Assembly: GCA_937860055.1 (NCBI GenBank)
Contig: CALMBO010000029.1
Span: forward strand, 425,372-489,371
Length of the DNA: 64,000 nt
Direction: 5' to 3'
Origin: an uncultured Verrucomicrobiota bacterium
GTDB lineage: Bacteria > Verrucomicrobiota > Kiritimatiellia > CAIQIC01 > Lenti-01
The notes beneath the pieces are model-generated. The model ran no database searches. It had not been told where the DNA came from and saw nothing but the letters and a program-made list of their open reading frames with translations. Below, in pieces: positions 1 through 9,952 of this stretch (its first letter is position 1; the number at the start of each line of letters is the position of its first letter). The position numbers and the translations under genes were made by a program.

Positions 1-372
1 GTCGCCGGACTCGTCCTCAATTGGACGGCCGTCCGGCAACTGAAATGGCATGTGGACCCGCTCACCATCCACAGCCGCTTCGTGCTGGATGCCACCGGAC
101 ATCCGGCCCATGTGGCGGAAACGCTGGTGCGGAAAATGAACGTCCGGCTGGACACGGCGACCGGCGGACTGGTGGGCGAAAAACCGATGGCGGCGGAGGA
201 CGGCGAACGCCAGACGGTGGAGAACACCCGGCAGGTCTATCCCGGCCTTTTCGTCAGCGGCATGGCGGCCATCACCGTTTGCGGCGGCCACCGCATGGGT
301 CCGGTCTTCGGCGGCATGCTGCTCTCCGGCCGCAAGGCCGCGCAGTCCATGCTCGCGGAGCTCGGGGCATGA
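1..372 (+). CDS. thi4: Thi4-type thiazole synthase, partial (5' end lies left of the window)
   Basis: Frame-1 translation VAGLVLNW...HRMGPVFGGMLLSGRKAAQSM matches the C-terminal half of the Thi4/THI1 family. Its stop overlaps the thiE start (ATGA). Confidence 0.75.
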   Translation, partial: VAGLVLNWTAVRQLKWHVDPLTIHSRFVLDATGHPAHVAETLVRKMNVRLDTATGGLVGEKPMAAEDGERQTVENTRQVYPGLFVSGMAAITVCGGHRMGPVFGGMLLSGRKAAQSMLAELGA

Positions 373-1010
373 TGGCCGCCCCTTCCCGCTTGCGGCGCGG
401 ACTCTATCTGGTGCTGACCGATCCGCCCGCCGGCTATGAACGGATGGCCGAGTGGGCCGTGGCCGCCGGTTTGCCGGCCATCCAATTCCGGCCCAGGCGC
501 ACTCCATCGACCGATCAGGAAGCGCTTCGCGTGGCACGCTCCCTCCGTGCCATCACCCGGGGAAGCCAGACTCTTTTCCTCGTCAACGACCGCCCCGATC
601 TGGCCATCCTGGGCGAAGCCGATGGCGTTCATGCCGGGCAGGAGGACCTGCCGGCCGGCGAAGTGCGCCGCCTGATCGGAAACCAGCGGCTGCTGGGACT
701 TTCCACGCACAACCTCGGTCAAGTCCGCGCCGCCAATGAGGAACCGGTGGATTACATCGGGTTCGGCCCGCTGTTTGAAACCAACTCCAAGGAACATCCG
801 GATCCCGTGACCGGCCCCGACCTGCTGGCCCGGGCTGCTGCGCTTTCCCGCCATCCCATTGTCGCCATCGGCGGCCTGACGGCGGAACGCATCGCCGCCT
901 TGCCGCGCGCCCACTACCATTGCGCCGCCGTCATCCGCGCCGTGGCCGAAGCCGCCGATCCCGCTCTCGCAATGAAAACCCTCCAACAGCAACTCACAGG
1001 TGTCGGATGA
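369..1010 (+). CDS. thiE: thiamine-phosphate synthase ThiE
   Basis: The internal Met (MMAAPSRL) of the 21..1010 ORF begins a ThiE-like protein (LYLVLTD..., GVHAGQEDL, IGGL) of about 213 aa. Its stop overlaps the thiC start (ATGA). Confidence 0.85.
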   Translation: MMAAPSRLRRGLYLVLTDPPAGYERMAEWAVAAGLPAIQFRPRRTPSTDQEALRVARSLRAITRGSQTLFLVNDRPDLAILGEADGVHAGQEDLPAGEVRRLIGNQRLLGLSTHNLGQVRAANEEPVDYIGFGPLFETNSKEHPDPVTGPDLLARAAALSRHPIVAIGGLTAERIAALPRAHYHCAAVIRAVAEAADPALAMKTLQQQLTGVG

Positions 1011-2314
1011 ATATATCCCTCAAGCAAGCCGCCGAACGCGGACTCATCACCCCCGCCATGCAGGCGGTGGCCGCCGCCGAAGCCCTCCCCCCTGAAACCA
1101 TTCGCGCCGGACTGGCGGACGGGAGCATCGTCATTCCCGGCAACAACCGGCGACGCCTCCAGAACCCGCGCGGCATCGGACGGGGCCTGGCCACCAAAAT
1201 CAACGTGAATCTGGGTGCCTCGCCGCACCACACGGACCTGGCCGAAGAACTCCAAAAGCTGGGGGTGGCCGTGGCCTGCGGCGCGGATGCCGTCATGGAT
1301 CTGTCCCTCGGGCCGCGCCTGAACGAAATCCGCCGCGCCATCCTCGACCGCTCGCCCCTCATGGTCGGCACCGTGCCGATCTACCAGACGGGCTTCGAGC
1401 TGGCCCGCGCGCGGCGCGACATCACGACCCTGACAGCCGCGGATTTCCTGAAAACCGTGGAGCAGCAGGCGGAGGAAGGGGTGGATTTCATGACGATCCA
1501 TGCCGGAGTGACCCGTGCCACCTTGACCGCCATGGAGCGCCAGGGACGCCTGCTGGACATCGTCAGCCGCGGCGGCTCCATGCTGGCGGCCTGGTTGCGC
1601 CAGCATCCCGGATGCGAATCGCCGTTGTACGACGCCTTCGAAGATCTCCTCGACCTTCTGGCCGCCTACGACATCACCCTCAGCCTGGGCGACGGCCTGC
1701 GCCCCGGCGCCACCGCCGACGCCACCGACCGAGCCCAGATCGGCGAACTGCTGGTCCTGGGCGAGTTGACCGAACGGGCCTGGGCCAAGGGGGTGCAGGT
1801 CATCATCGAAGGACCGGGCCATGTGCCGCTGCACATGGTCGCCGACAACATGCGCATGGAAAAACAGCTGTGCCATGGCGCCCCCTTCTACGTGCTCGGA
1901 CCGCTGGTCACCGACGTCGCCGCCGGACACGACCATGTCGCCGCCGCCATCGGCGGCGCCGTGGCGGCCCTCCATGGCGCGGACTTCCTCTGCTACGTGA
2001 CGCCCGCCGAACACCTGCGCCTGCCCACCGTGGCCGATGTGCGCGAAGGAGTCATCGCCTCCAGGATCGCAGCCCATGCCGCCGACGTGGCCAAGGGCCG
2101 CCCCGGTGCGCTCGCCCGGGAGGCCGCCATGGCCCGCGCCCGGAAGTCCCTCGACTGGGATGCCCAGATCCAGCTGGCCCTGGATCCCGAAAAAGCCCGC
2201 CAATCCCGGGCCGGCAGCGAAATCGGCGGGGAATCCGTCTGCACGATGTGCGGCGAATTCTGCGCCATCCGGCGCATGAACGACAGCGCAGCTTTGCCCG
2301 CCCCCCTCCCCTGA
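1007..2314 (+). CDS. thiC: phosphomethylpyrimidine synthase ThiC
   Basis: The protein runs from MNISLKQAAERGLITPAM through a C-terminal CTMCGEFCA cluster. This is the typical ThiC radical-SAM HMP-P synthase core, about 435 aa. Confidence 0.9.
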   Translation: MNISLKQAAERGLITPAMQAVAAAEALPPETIRAGLADGSIVIPGNNRRRLQNPRGIGRGLATKINVNLGASPHHTDLAEELQKLGVAVACGADAVMDLSLGPRLNEIRRAILDRSPLMVGTVPIYQTGFELARARRDITTLTAADFLKTVEQQAEEGVDFMTIHAGVTRATLTAMERQGRLLDIVSRGGSMLAAWLRQHPGCESPLYDAFEDLLDLLAAYDITLSLGDGLRPGATADATDRAQIGELLVLGELTERAWAKGVQVIIEGPGHVPLHMVADNMRMEKQLCHGAPFYVLGPLVTDVAAGHDHVAAAIGGAVAALHGADFLCYVTPAEHLRLPTVADVREGVIASRIAAHAADVAKGRPGALAREAAMARARKSLDWDAQIQLALDPEKARQSRAGSEIGGESVCTMCGEFCAIRRMNDSAALPAPLP

Positions 2315-2322
2315 AAAGCAAA

Positions 2323-2349
2323 CCGCCCTCTCCGGGAGGAGGGGGCGGT
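2323..2349. terminator. GC-rich hairpin between convergent thiC and atpK (bidirectional terminator candidate)
   Basis: CCGCCCTCTCC-ggga-GGAGGGGGCGG inverted repeat located 9 nt after the thiC stop. Confidence 0.45.
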
Positions 2350-2374
2350 TGCACAAGGCCGAAGACCTTCGTCT

Positions 2375-2839
2375 CTACGCCATGAACGACGAGCGGATGA
2401 ACACCAGCACGAACAAGGCCACCGTCTCGATGACGCCCAGCGTCATCAGGTAGTTGCCGAAGCCCTGGCCCGTTTCGGCCAGCGCGTCTGCGCCGGCCGC
2501 GCCGGCATAGCCCTGGAACCAGGCGGAAACGCCGATCCCCAGGCCGCCGCAGATGCCGCCGATCAGCATCGTCGCCCAGTTCTGGGCCGCCGCCGAGCTC
2601 TTCGCCACTTCGACCATCCAGCCCATCAGGATCATGCCGTAGATGGTCTGCGACAGGGGCGCGCCGATGAACGTGATCAGGATGAAAGGCGCCGCCTTGC
2701 TCTGCGCGTAGCACTTCTTCCACGCGCCGATCGCCGACGAACCCGCCAGCCCCGCGCCGATGGACGAACCCACCGCCGCCAAACCCAGCGCCGCCGCGCC
2801 GCCCGCCTTGCCCAATGCCTCGATTGTTCCTGCATCCAT
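2375..2839 (-). CDS. atpK: V-type ATPase proteolipid subunit K (duplicated 4-TM c-subunit)
   Basis: 154-aa hydrophobic Gly/Ala-rich protein (GAAALGLAAVGSSIGAG ... conserved E in the second hairpin). It is the last gene of the V-ATPase operon. Confidence 0.85.
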   Translation of the reverse strand: MDAGTIEALGKAGGAAALGLAAVGSSIGAGLAGSSAIGAWKKCYAQSKAAPFILITFIGAPLSQTIYGMILMGWMVEVAKSSAAAQNWATMLIGGICGGLGIGVSAWFQGYAGAAGADALAETGQGFGNYLMTLGVIETVALFVLVFIRSSFMA

Positions 2840-2900
2840 GTTTGCTCTCCTCGATTCCGGGCGTCTCCGCCCTTCTTTTTTAAACCTGTTCCTCTGTTCC

Positions 2901-4718
2901 TTATGCCGCCTCGGGCTTCGCGAAAGGCCGGTACGGAGACCCGCTCCACGAAATGCCCTTGTGGTTCGAAAATTCCAGCGTGTTCAACCGGATGCCGTGC
3001 ACCAGCACGCCCATCGTGCTCAGCAGGATGTTCAGCGTGTGCGCCAGGAACGCCAGCACCGCCCCCACCAGCAATCCAACAAGCGAGACGTCGCCTCCGG
3101 GGAAGATCATGTTGTTGAACGCGTTCGCCACCGCGAATCCCGCCGTGCCCACCGCGTAGAGACGCACATAGGACACCACGTCGGTGAAGTTGCTCACCAG
3201 GTTCAGCGGCAGCAGCGCCAGGTTGAACCAGCCGTCCTTGATCTCCTTCGGCGGCATCATGAACAGGACGATCAGCGCGATGCCCGCGACCAGCGCATAG
3301 CCCAGGACCGTCCACAACGCGGACGTTGCGGCTTCGGACAGGCCCAGATACGACAGCATGTTTCCCTTGAGCACCATGCTGTCGGCCAGGAAGAACATGA
3401 ACCAGGTCGTCAGCGTCCAGCCCACCTGCTCCAGCGCCTTCAGCTTCTTCGCCTTCGCCAGGTCCACCACGTTCCACAGGTGGCCGATCGTGATCTGGAC
3501 CGTGCCGATCAGGAAGCAAAGCCCCATGATGTTCTTGGCCGAGCGCTCGGGATCGGTCAGGAACGGGATCTGGATCTTGTCGAGCCCCGCCCGGGCCAGG
3601 ATTTCCGGCGAGATGCCGAAGACCGTCCCCGTGACGAGGCCCCAGACCATCGTGCAGACGCTGGTCACCGTCAGGAGGCGGAAGGCGTCCTTCGGCAGTT
3701 TCCTCCGCGCCCACCAGGTCAGGCCCAGGAAAATCGCGCCATAGCCGGCGTCGCCGATGATCATCGCGAAGAACAGCGAGAAGAACAGCATGAAGACCAC
3801 GCTGACATCCGCCTCGGCATAGCCCGGCAGGATGTTGATGCCCTGGAACACCGCCTTGACGGGAGATGCCCAGCGCGGAGGCCTGAGCTTGACCGGCACG
3901 TCGTCCTGCGGACCGGGATCCTCGACCACCAGCCCCCAGCCATGCCGGCCCGCCTCCCGGCGGACCGCCTCGACATCGTCCGCCGGAACAAATCCCTGCA
4001 CGAAAGAGATGGATTCCGCCGAACCCATGCCCGCGCGGACTTCCTGCAACCTCACCTCGGCCTCGGCCTCGGCCAGCAGCCTCTCCAACAGCGGGCGGTC
4101 GCCGGAGGCCGCCTGCAGTCCCTTCGCGCTTTCCGCCAAGGCATGCTGGAGACGGCCGATTTCATTCTGCAGTTCCGCCGTGGAATCTTCCGGCAGGCGC
4201 TGCTCGTCCGCCCCGGTCCATTCGAAGGGTTTGCTCCCGAACAAGGCCCAGTAGGCATCGGCCTTCCGCACGGCCATCTTCTGCGCCGCCACCCCCTCGG
4301 GCAGCGGCAGGACGGTCTTGGCGGACGCACGGTACAGCTTGAGGAAAACGCCCTTATCGGCCAAGGCCTCCACCGCCGCCGGGTCGAACGCGCCGAACGG
4401 TTCCATCCGCGCGAGTTCCGCCTGGAGGAAGTCGAGCCGCTCCTGCCAATCCTTGCGCTCGTCCAGCAGATCGCCGGTCTCCGCCATCACCGCGAAGGCA
4501 TCGCGCCCCGTGGGCTTCGCGCCGTCGGGCGCCGGGGGCAGCGCCTCCAGGAGCCGGCGGAGGCCCGCCGCCTTTTCGCGGGCATCCTCCAGTCCCGCCC
4601 CCGACGGATGCACCACCGGCTTGACGTGCAGCACGCCCAGGCCCCGCAGGGCCTCCAGCGTCGCCGACCGGCCGTGCGCCAGGCAGAGCAGCGTCAATTT
4701 CTTCATCTGGACGATCAT
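2901..4718 (-). CDS. atpI: V-type ATPase subunit I (a-subunit)
   Basis: Start set at the internal MIVQMKKLTLLCL, whose ATG overlaps the atpD stop (ATGA). The N-terminal half is a soluble coiled-coil and the C-terminal half has multiple TM helices, typical of the I/a subunit. The upstream in-frame extension is Arg/Gly-rich and looks non-coding. Confidence 0.8.
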   Translation of the reverse strand: MIVQMKKLTLLCLAHGRSATLEALRGLGVLHVKPVVHPSGAGLEDAREKAAGLRRLLEALPPAPDGAKPTGRDAFAVMAETGDLLDERKDWQERLDFLQAELARMEPFGAFDPAAVEALADKGVFLKLYRASAKTVLPLPEGVAAQKMAVRKADAYWALFGSKPFEWTGADEQRLPEDSTAELQNEIGRLQHALAESAKGLQAASGDRPLLERLLAEAEAEVRLQEVRAGMGSAESISFVQGFVPADDVEAVRREAGRHGWGLVVEDPGPQDDVPVKLRPPRWASPVKAVFQGINILPGYAEADVSVVFMLFFSLFFAMIIGDAGYGAIFLGLTWWARRKLPKDAFRLLTVTSVCTMVWGLVTGTVFGISPEILARAGLDKIQIPFLTDPERSAKNIMGLCFLIGTVQITIGHLWNVVDLAKAKKLKALEQVGWTLTTWFMFFLADSMVLKGNMLSYLGLSEAATSALWTVLGYALVAGIALIVLFMMPPKEIKDGWFNLALLPLNLVSNFTDVVSYVRLYAVGTAGFAVANAFNNMIFPGGDVSLVGLLVGAVLAFLAHTLNILLSTMGVLVHGIRLNTLEFSNHKGISWSGSPYRPFAKPEAA

Positions 4719-5347
4719 GCCGCCGTTCCCTCCGGCGCCGCCGCTTCCGCGGCCGCCTTCTTCACGCTCTTGCCCTTGGCGATCTTCGAACGCACCACGG
4801 CACCCGTGTTTTCGTCGCCCAGGAAGATGCGGATGCGGCGGATGTTCTCCGCGCATTCCGGAATCTTCACCTTCTCGAACAGATTGACGCGCTGGCTGGT
4901 GGTGCGCAGCTCCTCGGCCAGCAGCCGGTGCTGCTCCTCGAGCAGGCGCCGCTCGATCCGCAGGCGGAAGAGCAGTTCCAGCGTCGAAAGCCCCTCGTCC
5001 AGCCACGCCGGGGTCGCCCACAGGTCCGGCGCCGTCCGCTGGAAGCGGATTTCCTTCAGCGTCCGCACCGCCACGCCGGCGATGTTCCCCGGCTCCACGT
5101 CGATCGCCTCGACCGACAGCCACGAGAGGTAGTCCAGCGGATCGGAATACAGCTTGACCCAGTCGGCCAGGGCGCCGCGCGCGGCCTCCTCCTCGGCCTT
5201 CTTTTCGGCGACGCGCTGGTCCACCTGCCGGATTTCCATCTGCAGCTGCTGCTTCTTCAGCTGCAGCGTCGGCAGATAGCGGCGGTAGCGCTTCAGCGCG
5301 TCCCGCTGCGCCTTCAGTTCGGTCTTGGTGTTCTTGACCTTGCCCAT
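4715..5347 (-). CDS. atpD: V-type ATPase subunit D
   Basis: 210-aa coiled-coil protein (MGKVKNTKTELKAQRDALKRYRRYLPTLQLKKQQLQ...) with the typical V-ATPase D rotor-stalk N-terminus. Confidence 0.85.
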   Translation of the reverse strand: MGKVKNTKTELKAQRDALKRYRRYLPTLQLKKQQLQMEIRQVDQRVAEKKAEEEAARGALADWVKLYSDPLDYLSWLSVEAIDVEPGNIAGVAVRTLKEIRFQRTAPDLWATPAWLDEGLSTLELLFRLRIERRLLEEQHRLLAEELRTTSQRVNLFEKVKIPECAENIRRIRIFLGDENTGAVVRSKIAKGKSVKKAAAEAAAPEGTAA

Positions 5348-5360
5348 CGCCGGCCCGTCC

Positions 5361-6662
5361 CTACGCGGTCTTCTTCGGCCAGAATTTCCCGGTCAGCTTC
5401 GACGAAATGCCCGTTTCCGCGGGGTCGAAGCAGTCCGCCATGATCTGCCAGCCCAGGTCCAGCGCGGCTTCCAGCGGGATGTTGACGGACAGGTCCATCA
5501 TCTCCTTCTCGAAACGCTCGCCGTACTTGAGCAGCTTGTTGTCCCATGCGCTCATGCGGAAGCCCATGGACTGCTTCTCCAGCGTCTCCTTGTAGGACGC
5601 GTAGAGCTGGATCATCGTGTTCATCACCGTGCGGTGGTCTTCGCGGGTCTTGCCGTTCACCTGCTGCTTCAGGCGGGACAGCGATCCGAACGGCTCGATG
5701 CGCCCGTTGCGGAGATAGAACTGGCCCTCGGTGATGTAGCCCGTGTTGTCGGGCACCGGGTGAGTCACGTCGTCGCCCGGCATCGTCGTCACCGCCAGGA
5801 TCGTGATCGAGCCGGCGCCCTCGAAGTCCACGGCCTTCTCGTAGCGCGCCGCGAGCTGCGAATACAGATCGCCCGGATAGCCGCGGTTCGAGGGAATCTG
5901 CTCCATCGTGATGGCGATCTCCTTCAGGGCGTCGGCGAAGCTCGTCATGTCCGTCAGCAGCACCAGCACGCGCTTGTTCTGCAGCGCGAACTGCTCGGCC
6001 ACGGCCAGCGAGATGTCCGGCACCATCTGGCATTCCACCGTCGGATCGGCCGCCGTGTGGATGAACAGGATCGAGCGCGAGAGCGCCCCGTTGGCCTCCA
6101 GCGTGTCGCGGAACTGCAGGTAGTCGTCGTGCTTCAGCCCCATGCCGCCCAGGATGATGATGTCCACCTCGGCCTGCAGGGCGATGCGCGCCAGCAGCTC
6201 GTTGTACGGCTCGCCCGCCGCGGCGAAGATCGGCAGCTTCTGAGATTCCACCAGCGAGTTGAACACATCGATCATCGGGATGCCCGTGCGGACCATCTTG
6301 CGCGGGATGATGCGCTTGGCGGGATTCACCGAAGGGCCGCCGATGGGGATGCGGTTCTCGTCCAGTTCCGGCCCGTTGTCGCGCGGCCGGCCCGATCCGT
6401 TGAACACGCGGCCCAGCAGGGCCTCCGTGAACGAAATGTCCATCTTGTGTCCCAGGAAGCGCACCTGGCCGTCCGTCGAGATGCCGCGGCTGCCCGCAAA
6501 CACCTGCAAGAACACTTTTTCGCGGTCCAGCCGGATGACCTGCGCCAGCGAGGTCCCCAGCGTGCCGACCACCTGCGCCAGCTCGCCGTTCGCCACGCCG
6601 TCGGCGCGGACCGTGATCACGTTGCCCGCGATCTGCTCGATGCGATGATAGACCTTATGCAT
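5361..6662 (-). CDS. atpB: V-type ATPase subunit B
   Basis: 433-aa non-catalytic nucleotide-binding subunit ([18 protein letters not shown]..., [19 protein letters not shown]). Confidence 0.9.
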   Translation of the reverse strand: MHKVYHRIEQIAGNVITVRADGVANGELAQVVGTLGTSLAQVIRLDREKVFLQVFAGSRGISTDGQVRFLGHKMDISFTEALLGRVFNGSGRPRDNGPELDENRIPIGGPSVNPAKRIIPRKMVRTGIPMIDVFNSLVESQKLPIFAAAGEPYNELLARIALQAEVDIIILGGMGLKHDDYLQFRDTLEANGALSRSILFIHTAADPTVECQMVPDISLAVAEQFALQNKRVLVLLTDMTSFADALKEIAITMEQIPSNRGYPGDLYSQLAARYEKAVDFEGAGSITILAVTTMPGDDVTHPVPDNTGYITEGQFYLRNGRIEPFGSLSRLKQQVNGKTREDHRTVMNTMIQLYASYKETLEKQSMGFRMSAWDNKLLKYGERFEKEMMDLSVNIPLEAALDLGWQIMADCFDPAETGISSKLTGKFWPKKTA

Positions 6663-8388
6663 GTTCCGAAACCTCCGCCAGCATCGCGTCGATGCGCTGT
6701 TCCAGTTGCTTGAATTCCGCCGCGTCCATCGGGACCAGGTTCCAGTCCTTCGTCACCGAGGTGAGCTGCAGGAACCACTTGCGCGCCGCGTCCTTGTCCG
6801 GGAAGAACACCTTCGCCGTCAGGATCCCGTGGATCTTGGCGAACACGTATTTCTGCCGGTCCGCGCCCGTCGCCGCGTCCACGTCGTGGAAGCTGTTCTG
6901 CTGCAGGTAGGTCGCGTCCAGGAATTCGCTCTTCAGGTAGACCACGAAATCGTCGATGCTCGTGCCTTCCTCGCCGACCACCTTCATCATCTGGCTGACT
7001 TCGTTGCCCTGCCGCAGCGTCTTGCGCGCCTGCGCGACCTGCTTGGCATCCACCACGCCCGGATACTTGCTCCAGCTGTCCAGCGGATGGATCGCCGGAT
7101 AGCGCCGCGCGTCCGACCGCTCGCGGTTCAGGCCGTGGAACGCGCCCACCACCTTCAGCGTCGCCTGCGTCACCGGCTCGTCGAAGTTGCCGCCGGCCGG
7201 CGACACCGTCCCGCCGATCGTCACCGACCCCGTCGTGCCGTCCTTGAGCTTCACCACGCCGCCGCGCTCGTAGAACGCCGCGATCACGGATTCGAGGTAC
7301 GCCGGGAAGGCTTCTTCGCCCGGGATTTCCTCGAGGCGGCCGCTCATTTCGCGCAGCGCCTGCGCCCAGCGGCTCGTCGAGTCCGCCAGCAGCATCACGT
7401 TCAGCCCCATCTGCCGGTAGTATTCGCAGATCGTCACCGCCGTGTAGACCGACGCTTCGCGCGCAGCCACCGGCATGGACGACGTGTTGCAGATGATCAG
7501 CGTCCGCTCCATCAGGCTCTTGCCCGTGCGCGGGTCCGTCAGCTCGGGGAATTCGCGGAGGGTTTCCACCACCTCGCCCGCGCGCTCGCCGCACGCCGCC
7601 ACCAGCACGATGTCCACGTCCGCGTGCTTGCTGGTGATCTGCTGCAGCACGGTCTTGCCCGCGCCGAACGGCCCCGGAATGCAATACACGCCGCCGCGCG
7701 CCACCGGGAAGAACGTGTCGATGATGCGCACCTTCGTCACCAGCGGCTCCACCGGACGCAGGCGCTCGGCGTAGGCCTTGATCGGCACTTTCACCGGCCA
7801 TTCCTGCACCATCGTCACGGAGATGACGTCCCCGCGCTCGCCGCGCAGCTTCGCCACCACCTGGTCCACGTTGTACGAACCCGCCGCGACCGCCTCCTCG
7901 ACCTTGTATTTGCCCGGCAGGCGGAACGGCACCATGATGCGGTGCTGGAAAATGCCTTCGGGAACGGTCCCGAGCGTGTCGCCCGCCGTCACTTCGTCGC
8001 CCTTGCGCGCCTGGGGGGTGTAGGCCCACTTCTTTGCGCGGTCCAGCGCCTTCAGGTAGGTGCCGCGCTGCAGGAAGAAGCCGCACTTCTCCGCCAGCTT
8101 GGGCAGCGGGTTCTGCAAGCCGTCATACACCTGCGCCAGCAGGCCCGGCCCCAGCTCCACCGCCAGCAGGTTGCCGCTGAATTCGACCGGATCGCCCACC
8201 TTCAGGCCCGTCGTGTCCTCGAACACCTGCAGTTCCGCGTTCTCTCCGCGGATGCGGATGACCTCCGCTTTCAGCGCGGTCTCGCCGATGCGCGCATAGC
8301 CCACTTCGCTCTGCGTCACCGGCTTGTCGAACCGCACCGTGATCAGGTTGCCGTTGATCCCCACGATTTTTCCGATGTTTTCGCTCAT
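6655..8388 (-). CDS. atpA: V-type ATPase catalytic subunit A
   Basis: 577 aa with the Walker A motif GPFGAGKTV and a V-type A N-terminal barrel plus non-homologous insert. Confidence 0.9.
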   Translation of the reverse strand: MSENIGKIVGINGNLITVRFDKPVTQSEVGYARIGETALKAEVIRIRGENAELQVFEDTTGLKVGDPVEFSGNLLAVELGPGLLAQVYDGLQNPLPKLAEKCGFFLQRGTYLKALDRAKKWAYTPQARKGDEVTAGDTLGTVPEGIFQHRIMVPFRLPGKYKVEEAVAAGSYNVDQVVAKLRGERGDVISVTMVQEWPVKVPIKAYAERLRPVEPLVTKVRIIDTFFPVARGGVYCIPGPFGAGKTVLQQITSKHADVDIVLVAACGERAGEVVETLREFPELTDPRTGKSLMERTLIICNTSSMPVAAREASVYTAVTICEYYRQMGLNVMLLADSTSRWAQALREMSGRLEEIPGEEAFPAYLESVIAAFYERGGVVKLKDGTTGSVTIGGTVSPAGGNFDEPVTQATLKVVGAFHGLNRERSDARRYPAIHPLDSWSKYPGVVDAKQVAQARKTLRQGNEVSQMMKVVGEEGTSIDDFVVYLKSEFLDATYLQQNSFHDVDAATGADRQKYVFAKIHGILTAKVFFPDKDAARKWFLQLTSVTKDWNLVPMDAAEFKQLEQRIDAMLAEVSEHA

Positions 8389-8403
8389 CTTCGACCGCCT
8401 TCG

Positions 8404-8964
8404 CTATTTGAAACTCGCCGCTCCGCTCTGGGCCGCGTTCTCTTCCAGTTGGGAAACCAGTTGTTCGAGCCGCTCCCGGCCCGCCTCTTCCTTCATCGCC
8501 GCCCAGCGGTCCGCCAGCATCAGTTTGACCGCGAACGCCAGCACCGCCGGCAGGCCGGACGCGTCGGCGCGACCGAGCTCATCGACGAACTTCCAGCGCG
8601 CCAGATCCAGCCCCGTCTCGCGGGCCAGCGGACTCGCCTTGGCCAGCGCGTCGGATACTTCCTTGTCCAGCCACACCGCATAGCCGGAATGGCCGTGCAG
8701 GAACGGCTTCGCCTCCACCCCCAGCTTCGCCCCGCGCGTCTTCGCCGCCGTGTTGCGGATCTGCGCATCGCCCGCCGCCCACGCCCTCGAGAACGCCGAG
8801 CTTCCCTCCGCCGCCCGGCCCGCCAGCACCCGGTCCAGCTCCGCCAGGTCCGCCTTGCCCAGCACGCCCTGGCACCGGAACCGGAATTCCGCCGGCGTGA
8901 ACGGAGGCGGCGCCTCCAGCGACAGCGCCGGAAGCGACGACACCAGATAGTGGTAGAGGCCCAT
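8404..8964 (-). CDS. V-ATPase-operon hypothetical protein (DUF2764-like; occupies the position of the Chlamydia CT309 gene)
   Basis: 186-aa ORF between atpE and atpA, matching the placement of the uncharacterised gene in Chlamydia/PVC/Bacteroidetes V-ATPase operons. It has no known catalytic motif. Confidence 0.5.
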   Translation of the reverse strand: MGLYHYLVSSLPALSLEAPPPFTPAEFRFRCQGVLGKADLAELDRVLAGRAAEGSSAFSRAWAAGDAQIRNTAAKTRGAKLGVEAKPFLHGHSGYAVWLDKEVSDALAKASPLARETGLDLARWKFVDELGRADASGLPAVLAFAVKLMLADRWAAMKEEAGRERLEQLVSQLEENAAQSGAASFK

Positions 8965-8973
8965 CCGCGAACC

Positions 8974-9585
8974 TTATTCCGCCGCCTTCTTCACGATCTG
9001 CGCCAGCTCCGGCCGCAGGAAGTTCGACAGCGATTCCGCGATCGCCTCCTTGGTGAAGTCATGGAACACCTGGCCACCCTTCGCGCCCACGCGGAAGCCC
9101 TTGAAAATTTCCTTGTCGCTCTCGATCTGGATCCCCGCCGCCAGCTTGTTCTGGTATTCCTTCCCAAACGCCGCCTTCACGGCCGCCGCATCCGCCTCGC
9201 CCAGCATCGCGACAATCCCGCCATCGCCGCCGCCCTTGGCATAGGCCTCCGCCAGCTTCAGCAGCATCTGCGCCATCAGGTCCGGCGTCAGCGCCGCGCC
9301 CACCTTCGCGTCCACGATGCCGCCCACCACGTCGCCCACGGAGCCGCCGATGCTGATCAAGAGGTCGCGCGCCGCCTGCCGGAGGGTCGCCTGTCCGCGC
9401 TCCGCGAACGCCGAGGAATCCTTCTCGGCCTTCTCGACCATGTCCTTCGCCTGCTTCTGGGCTTCGGCCACGATCGCCGCCGCCTTCTTCTTCGCCTCCG
9501 CCACCAGCGAATCCGACGCCTTTTCTCCGGATTCGACCCCTTCCTTGCGGATACGTTCGATCAAATGTTGCAGTTCTTCAGCCAT
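8974..9585 (-). CDS. atpE: V-type ATPase subunit E
   Basis: 203-aa Ala/Lys/Glu-rich helical protein (MAEELQHLIERIRKEGVESGEKA...AEAKKKAAAIVAEAQKQAKDMVEKAEK) and the first gene of the operon. An RBS-like AGGAAAAG precedes it. Confidence 0.75.
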   Translation of the reverse strand: MAEELQHLIERIRKEGVESGEKASDSLVAEAKKKAAAIVAEAQKQAKDMVEKAEKDSSAFAERGQATLRQAARDLLISIGGSVGDVVGGIVDAKVGAALTPDLMAQMLLKLAEAYAKGGGDGGIVAMLGEADAAAVKAAFGKEYQNKLAAGIQIESDKEIFKGFRVGAKGGQVFHDFTKEAIAESLSNFLRPELAQIVKKAAE

Positions 9586-9840
9586 GGCTTTTCCTTTGCT
9601 CCATAGAAATATGAAAACGCCCCGCCACGATACACCCCCCCGCCCCCCCCTTCAACCCCAAAAACCGCCTTCCTCATCCCTCTTCCTCATCCCTCCGCGC
9701 CGCCTTCTAAGAGTTCAATCCCCAATCCGTCGCCCGTTTCGCATCCTCCCAATCTGCCTTGCTCTAGACAGGCCCGTGCAGGCCTGCCGTCTTCTTGCTC
9801 TGTCCCCCATGCCACCACTCGCCGCCCTTGCACTGACCCG

Positions 9841-9869
9841 TTGACCCGCCCTTCCGAAACCTCTATCCT
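9841..9869 (+). promoter_or_regulatory. sigma70-like promoter candidate for the 9953 gene
   Basis: TTGACC, then 17 nt, then TATCCT, located about 85 nt upstream of the ATG at 9953. Confidence 0.25.
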
Positions 9870-9952
9870 GCAGGCAGTGGATGCCTTGACCATCCCCGCA
9901 AGCGGCACAAACTGGTTTCGGGCGAATAGATACTTTCTGACTTCGAAAAAAG

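Noticed and set aside
914-2356. 480-aa ORF antisense to thiC. Similar very long antisense or out-of-frame ORFs: 2760..5132 (+), 6661..9606 (+), 20917..24006 (+), 24840..29261 (+), 43945..46878 (+), 17086..18801 (+), 17447..18955 (-), 37045..38223 (-).
   Set aside because: All are Arg/Gly/Ala/Pro-rich low-complexity translations typical of stop-codon-poor alternative frames in 65-70 % GC DNA. Each lies opposite or out of frame with a gene having clear family signatures. None has an RBS or recognisable motifs.
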